A DNA stretch of 64,000 nt, from NCBI RefSeq assembly GCF_006345805.1, contig NC_043014.1, forward strand, positions 37,572,001 through 37,636,000. The letters are read 5' to 3'. A model generated the notes under the pieces. That model worked only from the letters and a program-made list of their open reading frames with translations, did not search any database and was not told the DNA's origin. Source of the stretch: Octopus sinensis (Eukaryota). This document shows, piece after piece, positions 13,772 through 26,609 of this stretch. Within the stretch, counting starts at the first letter, position 1, and every line of letters begins with the position of its first letter. A program made the translations under genes and the position numbers.

Positions 13772-16700
13772 TGGTCCCCCTAGCATTGCTTGACAACCGA
13801 TGCTGGTGTGTTTATGTCCCCGTTACTTAGCGGTTCGGCAAAAGAGACCGATAGAATAAGTACTGGGCTTACAAAAAAAAGAATAAGTCCCGGGGTCGAG
13901 TTGCTTGATTAAAGGCGGTGCTCCAGCATGGCTGCAGTCAAATGACTGAAACAAGTAAAAAGAGTAAGAGAGTATTTAAAAAATAATGTGGTCCAAGATA
14001 CACAATGTTTAAAAAAGGTCATAGATAGAAATTCTTTATTATAGATCTGCTCCTTCATGGTTAATCATAGGCTAAAAACAGCGACCATAACTTCCTTTCA
14101 TATCACTGTGTGACATGATTTTTGTCCTTGGGTAGCAACTGTTATTTCCTATTTCCTTATCCCTAGAAAATATGAAAAATGGCTAATATTTCCTTCAAAC
14201 TTTGCCAAAGACTCCCTTTCAACACGTGGCTACGATGTTCCCCTACTATTCCTGCTCGTCATCAGAGATGTACAAAACGCCAGCCACTAAGGGACATACT
14301 CAAGTGGTTAAGGTCAAGCAACCAACATGCAAATCTGTGGTATTGAGCAGAATATTTGTTGTAACGATATTTCTGCTTCAGCTCCTCAGCACTGAATCTG
14401 TCTGAAGTGTAATGGGAAACAGATCAGTTTCAAAGCATTGATGGCCACGCCACAAAAGCAAAGTTTGAAGGGAAAAGCAGTCATTTCCTTTGATTTCTAG
14501 ATAGAAGCAAATAGGAAATAACACTTACAAACCAAAGACGAAAAAAAGAAAAAAATTGTTATGAGTGGCATAGGCGCAGGAGTGGCTGTGTGGTAAGTAG
14601 CTTGCTAACCAACCACATGGTTCCGGGTTCAGTCCCACTGCGTGGCATCTTGGGCAAGTGTCTTCTGCTATAGCCCCGGGCTGACCAATGCCTTGTGAGT
14701 GGATTTGGTAGACGGAAACTGAAAGAAGCCCGTCGTATATATGTATATATATATATGTATGTGTGTGTATGTGTTTGTGTGTCTGTGTTTGTCCCCCTAG
14801 CATTGCTTGACAACCGATGCTGGTGTGTTTACGTCCCCGTCACTTAGCAAAAGAGACCGATAGAATAAGTACTGGGCTTACAAAGAATAAGTCCCGGGGT
14901 CGATTTGCTCGACTAAAAAGGCGGTGCTCCAGCATGGCCACAGTCAAATGACTGAAACAAGTAAAAGAGAGTGTAATCAACAAAGCATCACTGGAGTTAA
15001 GCTGCTATACAACTGAAAATATGGCTTTAAGTTCAATTTATACGACAGCTGTTAATGACTGCTTTTCCCTTCAAACTTTGCTTTTGTGGCATGGCCATCA
15101 ATGCTTTGAAACTGATCTGTTTTCCATTACACTTCAGACAGATTCAGTGCTGAGGAGCTGAAGCAGAAATATTATGCTTCTAGGGATCATACGTCTCTCT
15201 ACAGTCCTCAGCCTGCTTCTCTGGCTGAATCTGTAAATTAGAGCGGCCAAAGCCGTTTGTTATCACGCCATTATGTTTCAACAGTCATTTTGAGTTGCGT
15301 CCCTTAGGTCTGGTGAAATGAACTGAATGAAACGTTAACTTGAAATTACCCATGATCAATTGGACTGTTGGTTGCTTTGAGTTCCCTTAACCTTAAACAG
15401 AGAAGAGACATAAATAAGTCTCTGCTCGGGATGGAACACTAGTCTCTCATTGGTTATTCTTCCCACATCATGAGGACCCTACTCCAACAGCTTGGTGAAC
15501 TGATATAATATAGAATAAAATGTCCTGCCCAGGATGACAGTGATATACCTGTGATGCATTTGAATTCACACACTCTAATATTATAGACCTATGTCTGATC
15601 TGTGGAAGTGTGGCTTTGTGGTTAGGGTGTCGTACTCACGATCATAAAATTGTGGTTTCAATTCCTGGATCAAGTGATGTACTCTCTCTTTTACTCTTTT
15701 ACTTGTTTCAGTCATTTGACTGCGGCCATGCTGGAGCACCACCTTTAGTCGAGCAAATCGACCCTGGGACTTATTCTTTGTAAGCCCAGTACTTATTCTA
15801 TCGGTCTGTATTGCCGAACCGCTAAGTAACGGGGATGTAAACACACCAGCATCGGTTGTCAAGCAATGCTAGGGGGACAAACACAAACACACACACACAT
15901 ATATATATATACATATATACGACAGGCTTCTTTCAGTTTCCGTCTACCAAATTCACTCACAAGGCGTTGGTCGGCCTGGGTCTATAGCAGAAGACACTTG
16001 CCCAAGATGCCATGCAGTGGGACTGAACCCGGAACCATGTGCTGGTTAGCAAGCTACTTACCACACAGCCACTCCTGCGCCTGATGTGTTGTGTTCTTGA
16101 GCAAAACACTTCATTTCATGTTGCTCCAGTCCACTCAGCTGGCAAAAATGAGTAACCTTGTAACAGATTGGTCTCCTGTCCAGCCCTTTTGAGCCTGGCA
16201 TGGCTCAAAAAGGAAACATTTCTTCTTATATCTGATCCACTTACTAATAAATATCAATATCCTGGGATTAATTTGAGTAACAATAATCCCTCTGCTACAT
16301 AAACTGGCTTTGTACCTATGTAAGAAATCTGTTTAATATGATTCAACAAATGAACCTTTATGTTGTCACTTAAGCTGCTGAAAATAGCAGTCAATTCATC
16401 CTCAAATCACATTGTATGAGCTTAAAAAATGGAAGACAGACTGGATAATATTGTTGTAGATAGAAGACTATAATTGAAGAAACGAAGGAGTGGACATGGC
16501 TGGAGTGGCCTAATTGTATATCTGCTTTATGAATTTGCTTTTTCTACTGTAGGAAGCCCAGGAAATACATTTCCAGCAACTGGCAGCAAACATCGAGCTA
16601 GCACGAGAGGCAGCTATTAAAGAGAAAAAACTAAAGAGACTGCAACATCTTGAGAAAAATGGACATGACACAAGGCAGCTGAAGAAGGATTTTGAGAGTT

Positions 16701-17799
16701 AGTATTGGAAGTTATACATGTATGCTTGTACACACATGCACACACACAATCACCCACACACATCTTCACAAGCACACACACAGGCACAAATACACACACA
16801 CAGGCACAAATACACACACACACACACACACACATTGATTTAAATGCATATATCTATATATCTGTGTGTGTGAGTGTATATATATCATCATCATCATCAT
16901 CATCGTCATCGTTTAACGTCCGTTTTCCGCGCTAGCATGGGTTGGACGGTTCGACCGGGGTCTGGGAAGCCAGGAGGCTGCACCAGGCTCCAGTCTGATC
17001 TGGCAGTGTTTCTACAGCTGGATGTCCTTCCTAACGCCAACCACTCCGTGAGTGTAGTGGGTGCTTTTTACGTGCCACTGGCACAGGTGCCAGGGGAGTC
17101 TGGCAGCGGCAACGATCGGTTGGTGCTTTTAACGTGCCACCGGCACGGAAGCCAGTCAGGGCGGCGCTGGCATTGGCCACATTTGGATGGTGCTTTTTAT
17201 GTGCCACCGGAACAGAAGCCAGTCAAGGCGGTGCTAGCATCTGCCACGTTCGGATGGTGCTTTTTATGTGCCACCGGCACAGGTATCACAACTACTGGTG
17301 TTGCACTCATGATTGTGAGATTGTGGGTTCAGTACCCAGACCAGGTATTGCGTTGTGTTCTTGAGCAAAGCACTTCATCTCACATTGCTCTGCAATCATT
17401 TCAACATCTGACATGTGGCACCCATTGCACCTGTACAGGTAACGTCGATCTGCTGGGAGGGGGGCGGGAGTGAGCTTATGTCTACACAAACATTTGATCA
17501 CTATAAACAAATCATCTGTGTGGTTGTTTGGTAAGAAATTGTCGAACCCTCGTGTTATCTAATGACAGGAGAGTCCATCATATATATATATATACACACA
17601 CACACATATTAGTTTTTTCCCTCTCTGATAGGAAGCACATGCACTTACACATGCATATACACACATGATGATAACTTCTACCTACCAAATTCAGTTACAA
17701 GGCTTCAGTCTACCTGAGGCTATAGCAGAAAAGACTTGCCCAAGGTGCCATACATTGGGACTGAACACGAAACAATGTGGCTAGGAAGTGGTGGTGGTG

Positions 17800-17834
<35 letters not shown>

Positions 17835-20037
17835 TTGCATGTTGAGCAAATTGCTTAGCGGCATTTCGTCTGTCTTTACATTCTGAGTTCAAATGCTGCT
17901 GAGGTCGACTTTGCCGTTCATCCTTTCGAGGTTGATAAATTAAGTACCAGTGAAACACTGGGGTCGTTGTAATCGACTAGTCCCCTTCCCCCAAATTTTC
18001 AGGGCCTTGTGCCTAGAGCAGAAATGATGATTATTTTTATTATTGCTGTTATTATTATTATATGGAGGCGTGTGGCTTAGTGGTTAGGGTGTCAGCATCA
18101 TGATCGTAAGATTGTGGTTTCGATTCCTGGATTGGGCGATGCGTTGTGTTCTTGAGCAAAACACTTCATTTCACGTTGCTCCAGTCCACTCAGCTGATAA
18201 AAATGAGTAACGCTGCGATGGACTGGTGTCCCATCCAGCTGGGGGACACATACGCCATAGAAACCGGGAAACTGGGCCCATGAGCCTGGCTAGGCTTTAA
18301 AAAGGGTGCATTTATTTTTATTTTTTGTTATTATTATCATTAGTTATATTTTTATTTATTCATTTTGTTTGTTTTATTTTCCTTTAATCTTTTCTTACAG
18401 GAAACTTCAACACTTCGTCATCCCACTCAAATTATGAGATAGATCAGTTCGCATCAGGAACATCAATTTCGGAAGACAGGCACACACCTAAGAAATTACC
18501 AAAGTCAACTGCTGAGCAGTTTCCAGAATCACAATTTCAAAAAAGTTCTCTAAATGGTGTTTCTCAAACTGGTAAGAAAGCATTTGTATGTGTGTCTGCA
18601 TGCACATGTGCGTATATGTGTGTGTGTGTGTGTGTGCTGTATGTGCACTGTGTGTTGCTGAAAATTATATTCAGAACAATTATAATTGCTGTTAGACAAC
18701 TAGGAAGCCAAACCAAATGTTTGGACAGATGTTTTGTGGTATTTGTTCTGATTCTTTTTCGTTCTGTGTTCAAAGTCTGCTCTTTGGTCTACTTTCATCC
18801 CTCTATGGCCAATAAAATAAAGTACGAGTCAAGTATTGAGAGTCGATTTCATCCCTCCATTGCCAATAAAATAAAGTACCAGTCAAGTATTGAGAGTCGA
18901 TTTCATCCCTCCATGGCCAATAAAATAAAATACCAGTCAAGTATTGAGAGTCGATTTCATCCCTCTATGGCCAATAAAATAAAGTATGAGTCAAGTATTG
19001 AGAGCCGATTTCATCCCTCGATGGCCAATAAAATAAAGTACCAGTCAAGTATTGAGAGTCGATGGTATGATCTAACCAAGGCGGCGAGCTGGCAGAAACG
19101 TTAGCACGGCGGGCGAAATGCTTAGCGGTATTTCGTCTGTCTTTACGTTCTGAGTTCAAATTCCGCCAAGGTCGACTTTGCCTTTCATCCTTTCGGGGTT
19201 GATAAATTAAGTACCAGTTATGCACTGGGGTCGATGTAATCGACTTAATACCTATGTCTGTCCTTGTTTGTCCCCTCTGTGTTTAGCCCCTTGTGGGTAA
19301 TAAAGAAATATGTATGATTTAACTTACTTACTCAACAGAGCTGGCATTGCTCCTAAATTAGGAGCAAAAAATTACTTGCAAAAATCGTTAGCATGCTGGA
19401 TGAAGTGCTTAGCGGTATTTTAGCAGTTGTTATGTTCTGAGTTCAAATTCCACCAAGGTTGACTTTGCCTTTCGTCCTATCAAGGCTGAGCACTGGGGTT
19501 GATGTTATCAACTTATCCCCCTTGCTGAACTTTGTTGGCCTTGTACCAAAATTTGAGATCGTCGTTATTATGATCATTAGTATGATGGACTCTAAAAGTG
19601 GCAAGTTGACAGAATCATTAACATGCTGGGCAAAATGCTTAATGGTATATCATCCGTCTTTATATTCTGAGTTCAAATTCTGCTGAGGTGGACTTTGCCT
19701 TTTATCCTTTTGAGGTCAATAAAATAAGCACCAGTTGGGCACTGGGGTGAATGTAATCAACTATCCCCCACCCCACAATTTCATGCCTTGTGCCTATAGT
19801 AGAAAGGATTATCATTTTTATTATTGCTATTAAGGTGTCAAGCTAGCAGAATTGTTAGCATAGCAGCCAAAATGCTTAGTGGCATTTCGTCTGTCTTTAA
19901 GTTCTTGGTTCAAATGCTGCTGAGATCAACTTTGCCTTTCGGGTCGATGAAGTAAGTACCAGTTGAAACACTGGGATCAATGAAATCATCTTACTCCATC
20001 TCCAAAATTGCTGGCCTTGTGCCAAAATTTGAAATCG

Positions 20038-20069
<32 letters not shown>

Positions 20070-20609
20070 ATTATTGAGTGAGAGAGCAGTGCATGCCATC
20101 AAAGTGATGCTGGGGTACAAATATACAAATTTCAATATACCCATCATGATTACTTGTCTGATAAAGGTACACCAGACACATGCATCACAACCATATGTGC
20201 GCGACATGGTGATATCATATCAAGATAAATAGTGCATGACCTTGCAGGTGGGGCCCAGTTAGAATTTTCCCGCTCAACCCTTGAATAAGGGTTGTTTAAT
20301 GATGTTGAACGAAACACCCATGTTTCCAAAGGTGAATTATCCAAACCCCAAAGAATTCCTCTCAACACATTGTTGTGATGCTCTCCCATTACTTCTGCTC
20401 ATGATCAGAGATGCACGTATCGTCAGCCACTAAGGGACATGCTCAGCTGGTTAAGGTCAAACAATTGACAAGCAAATCTGTGGTATTGAGCAGAATATTT
20501 GCTGTAGCCCATCTTTTATACCAAGACAAAATAATGTACACGATAACACTTCCAATCAGTCAAAATGAGAAGCCATGGGAGCTACAGCCTGGTACTGCAT
20601 CAGGGCATA

Positions 20610-20658
<49 letters not shown>

Positions 20659-23435
20659 GGCTGTGAGCTAGCAGAATTGTTAGCACACCAGGCAAAATGC
20701 TGGCTAAACTTGCTGGCCCTGTGCCAAAATTTGAAACCATTATTATTATTATCATTATGTGATGAAAACTCACAGCTTATTTTGCTGGGTATGATGCAAA
20801 GTATCAGCTGCCCACAGCCAGCAGACTAAGGTGAGACTTGTTTACTGGTCAAGAATTCTTGCAGTTCCAAGCAATGCTGATTTTTGTAGGTGTTCTACCA
20901 TCACACTTGCGCCAATCTTTTTCAGCCATATTGGTAGTTGGGTGCTGATACTTCCAAGTACACCAATTACTATTAGTATCACGTCTGTTCTCCTCATTGA
21001 CCACAACCTTCACATTTCCCTCTTCAAATTGTCATAGTTGCTTATTTTTTCTTCTTCTTTCACATTGATCCTGTTTTCGCCGGGGCATGCTATGTCAATT
21101 ATCATGCATTTTCTTACTCTTTTATTCACCACAACAATGTCTGGTTTCTGATGTCTGGTCAGGTGATTGTACAGAATCATTGTATCCCACAGGATTTTGC
21201 AATTCTCATTCTTGGTGACTCCTTCAGAGGTTTACTCATACCTCATCTTTTCTCTTTGTAGGCCATGATTTCCACAGAGCTTCCAATAGATAATTCATGC
21301 CACATTGTCATGTCATCTTTTGCATTCGTGTTGTACCAATTTTGGGCATTCGCTAACGATGTGCCATACCATTTCACCCCTCTCACCAGACATTCTGCAT
21401 TTGCCGCTGTCAGTAGTGTTGTTAATTCTGCACTTCACATAGTTAGTCCTTAACACTTGTTCTTGAGCTGCACATATGAGTGCTTCTGTCTCTATCTTCA
21501 GGTCACTCCTCCTCATCCATAGCCACCTGTCTTCTGTATCTGTCTTGGCATTTGTATCTCTTGCAAACTGTCCCTGCATTTTTTTTCTATTATTATTATC
21601 ATTATTATTATTTTTAAAGTGGTGAGCTGGTAAAATTATTAGCATGCCGGGCAAAATGCTTAGTGACATTTTGTCCGTTCTTACATTCTGAGTTCAAATT
21701 CAGCCAAGATTGTCTTTACTTTTCGTCCATTTGGAATCAGTAAAATAAATAACACTCAAGCACTGGGTTTGATATAATCGACTAGCCCCTTCCATCTAAA
21801 ATTTCAAGCCTTTTGCCTATGGTGGAAAGACATCATCATCATCATTATCATCATTATTATTATTAATCTTTACTTATAGGCAACTTCCTCATTTCATCAC
21901 AATCAAATTACGATTCAAATGAGTTGCTGTTAGGGACTATTTCGGAACATAAGCAGAGCCCCAAGATATTAATGAAAACAATTTCTGCGCAGCTTCCAGA
22001 AACACAATCTCAAAAGGTTTATCTGAACTGTGCTGTTCAAACAGGTAAGGTTTGATGTTACTTTACAAAGTCTTTTGAACCCAGTGTTATTGATTTTTTA
22101 AGTTGACATGATAGTTTAGTAATTTGAGAAAATTTTGGCCTCAATTTTCAATTGTACTTTTGTAGTTTTACTTGCAACTTATGAAAATCACAGTCCTTTT
22201 TTTTGAAAAATTAGTAAGGAAATTAGGAGTATTTTGATTACTTACTGGTCTTCCTGTGTGGTACAACCTCTTTAATGGTAGTGGCATGATAAAATGCATC
22301 TATTCCACATTGTAATACATGTGCAACAACAAAGTTAGTCACTGTTCTCTGCTGCCGTATTTGGTAGAGGATGCAGACCATAAGTGATGTGATGGTGTGA
22401 GATAGACCCTACATATAATATTAATAATCATCATCATCATCATCATCATCATTTAACGTCCGCTTTCCATGCTAGCATGGGTTGGACGGTTCAACTGGGG
22501 TCTGGGGAGCCCGAAGGCTGCACCAGGCCAGTCAGATCTGGCAGTGTTTCTACAGCTGGATGCCCTTCCTAATGCCAACCACTCCGAGAGTGTAGTGGGT
22601 GATTTTATGTGCCACCGACACAGGTGCCAGACGAGGCTGGCGAACGGCCACGCTCGGATGGTGTTTTTATGTGCCACCAACACAGGTGCCAGACGAGGCT
22701 GGCGAACGGCCACGCTCGGATGGTGTTTTTATGTGCCACCGACACAGGAGCCAGATGAGGCTGGCGATCGGCCACGATCGGATGGTGATTGTTACATGCC
22801 CACAGCATGGAGGCCAGTCGGTGCGGCACTGGCTACGGCCACGTTCGGATGGTTTTCTCGTGTGCCACAAGATGCAAATTCCATTGATGTTCATCTATTT
22901 TGATTTTGTTTGATTTTTGATTAATAATAAAGTTAATTATAACCTCTGACGAGGCCTATGGTTTTTTTAACATATAAGTATTATATTTTTTTTAATGCCT
23001 ACAACCCTAGTATGTTGACATCTATAGGGAAAGAAAAATTAGATTCACTTTTGACCATAGGCTGAAACAGCTGTAAGAAGTAATTTCTGGATTTCTATAA
23101 TTTATAATATGACTTTTAAAATCTGTATTTGTATTATTATTATGTAATATTTTGTATGCTTTGATGTTCTCATTTGTTAAATGAATAAATAATCCAACAT
23201 TATAATATCCGAAAGTTGATGAACAAACTAAATTTGTTTCTCCATTTTCTTATTTGTATTATAAATTTATGGTAAAAATATTTCTTTACCTTCACCCGTT
23301 TAATACAATTAATACAATAAATTGCATTGCAATTAAAAACATTTATGTATTAAGAATTTGGGTACTTTACCAACAGTATATTGGATAAATGATATCCCGT
23401 AGTGGGTTACATCCATAACTCCTATCTTACTTTGT

Positions 23436-23473
<38 letters not shown>

Positions 23474-24848
23474 GTAAATACAAAAATGGGACAACAAAAC
23501 ATCCAGACAGATGATACAAAGAAAACAAGGGGACGGGTAATTCAGAGTTTTCTTTCCTCAGTCAAGTTCAAAATTATCTTTGCAATTTCAGCTGGATATA
23601 TATATATATCGTAGCCGAAGCCAGTGCCGCCTTGACTGGCTTCCATAAAATGCACCAATCCGACCGTGGCCGATGCCAGCCTCGCCTGGCACCAGTGCAG
23701 GTGGCACGTAAAAAGCACCCACTACACTCACGGAGTGGTTGGCGTTAGGAAGGGCATCCAGCTGTAGAAACTTTGCCAGATAAGACCGGAGCCTGGTGCA
23801 GCCTTCTGGCTTCCCAGATCCCCGGTCGAACCGTCCAACCCATGCTAGCATGGAGAACGGACGTTAAACGATGATGATGATGATGATGATTTAATTATTT
23901 AATTTTCTGTGTATGATTAGATGGCATTTATGGAGGAGACAAGAAGAGTTTGTATCACTTGATTGATGGAGAAAGTGGATACCTGTATGATGATGATGAA
24001 GATTATGATGATGATGATGAGGTGTTTATTGCTACTGCTGCTGCTGATGTTGGTGAGATAAAGAAGTTTCCCTCTGAGGTAAAGCTTGATAATCACAATG
24101 AGATGACGAGAACAATCAAACTTACAAATAAAAGAAGGCAGGGACTCCAAAGTATCACTGGTATGTCATTAGATTCTTTTCTTGTTTTTTTCTTATTTTT
24201 ATTTCATTTTATGTTATTTCATTTCCACTTTATTTTATTATATATTTATTCTATTTTCATTTGTTATTTTTATTCTTATTTCAATTTTATCTTTATTTTA
24301 GTTTTGCTCGTATATAAATTAATCTATATATCTAAAGAAGCAAATTAGAAAGGAACAAATACACATGCATATTGATGTAGAAACTATTGACATACATATT
24401 TGTTCCATTTATATATATATATGTGTGTGTGTGTGTGTATATAGATATATATATAATATAAAATAGTGTACATTTAAACACAAAGAGAAATTACCTATAA
24501 CAGGCAATTTCTACATGCTAGGAGATAGTCAAAATGACCGAAAACCACAAAATATAAACAATTTCAAAGGGAACGAAAAAATAAAACCTTTTACCTTGTT
24601 TTTACGGTTATACCTATAGGTATCAGACTTTTTTCGTAAATAAAATAATTTACTAGGCAAATCCTCATCAGTAACTGAGCCATCCAAGACTAATCTATAA
24701 TTATGAGACCAGTCTCATCTTTATGTGTTATATTTTTTTCAAAATCCACCACACAAGCACAGTTTCAGTCGGCAGGAAATGAAAAATGCCAAAACGAACT
24801 TTGAAAAGCTAATATTGATACTTATATATATGTATATATATATATTAT

Positions 24849-24921
<73 letters not shown>

Positions 24922-26577
24922 AGTAGGTGAATGAATTATCCTAGTATGGATAATTCGGTTAACCGATACCTGGGTAGCAAATTCACGTCAGAAAACATGG
25001 TTGAAGCTACATGCCAAGAGCAGAAGCCCCGTGTTCTCATGTGGAAATTTGTGTGTTTCTTTTAACTATGAATAAATGAAAGAATGGAGTCGAACGATGA
25101 TTTTAACAAAATTCCTTTACTCTCGACATATGTTTCAAAGACTGCATATTCTTAATTCCGAAGGAATAAAGGGTGCATTATGCTGCCTTCTCATCAGGAA
25201 AGATAAGGAACCTATGTCAGCCTCATGACGAACAAAAACTTTTAGATGACTGCTCACATGGTGTCCACAGTGATAATGAGTGTTTGTGTGTCTGTGTTTG
25301 TCCCCCTAGCATTGCTTGACAACCGATGCGGGTGTGTTTATGTCCCCGTCACTTAGCGGTTCGGCAAAAGAGAACGATAGAATAAGTCCTGGGCTTACAA
25401 AGAATAAGTCCCGGGGTCGATTTGCACGACTAAAGGCGGTGCTCCAGCATGGCCGCAGTCAAATGACTGAAACAAGTAAAAGAGAATATAGGTTAGTAAA
25501 TTTTTACAAATTTCTCTATCAGTGGCCTAGCATGTATAAAAAGTCAATAGACGACATATTATTCAATATAAAATAGTGTACATCTAAGCAAAAAGAGAAA
25601 TTACCTATAACAGGCAATTTCTACACGCTAGGAGATAGTCAAAGCGACGAAATCTTGTGGTTTTTGGTCATTTTGACTGTCCCCTAATGTGTAGAAATTA
25701 CCTGTTGTTAGTAATTTCTCTTTGTGTTTAAATGTACACTATTTTATATTGAATAATATGTCGTCTATTGACTTTTTATATTTGCTAGGCCACTGGTAGT
25801 GAAATTTGTAAAAATTTACTAACCTATATATATATATATTTATTTATACACATATGCATAAGCACATGTACACACACATGTATACACACACGTTTATACA
25901 TGAGTATAAATTTTGTTTCACTTTTACTTTATTTTATTCCATGAACATAAACTTTATTTGACTTTTACTTTCTTTTGTTTATTATATTACTTTATCCTTA
26001 TATAACTCATCATTCATGATTATTATTATTATTATTGAATTGAAATAAAAGGAATAATCTTAACGCATTCGTACACACACACATATACATACACACATAA
26101 TAAACATGTCTATATATTCTGTGTATTGCGAACGTATCCTAATGTAATCTTTATTGTCCTTTGTACACCCTGATGATTTTCCATACAAGGTAGTTATAAT
26201 GCAAAATTATGCATTTATATATGTTTTGTAATTCTAAGTTTGTTAGTGAAATGAAACAATTGTAGGTGAATATGTTGATTAATTAATAAATTAATTTGTA
26301 TCCATTAGATCTCTGTTTTCTAACTCAATGATAATGTTGGATATTTTACAATATTTTATATATTCATTGAAGAAATATCTCTTCAAAATATAATATATTA
26401 AACTGTGCAGGTGGCACGTAAAAAGCACCCACTACACTCTCAGAGTGGTTGGCATTAGGAAGGGCATCCAGCTGTAGAAAATCTGCCAGATCAAGACTGG
26501 AGCCTGGTGCAGCCATTTGGTTGCCAGCCCTCAGTCAAAACCGTCCAACCCATGCTAGCATGGAAAACGGACATTAA

Positions 26578-26609
<32 letters not shown>

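Noticed and set aside
18793-19062. CRISPR-like appearance of regular repeats (also 57850-59057)
   Set aside because: No unique spacers, no cas genes, eukaryotic context
18592-19104. 170-aa ORF with [18 protein letters not shown] repeats
   Set aside because: The 54-bp unit is a multiple of 3 and SINE-derived; no splice or start support
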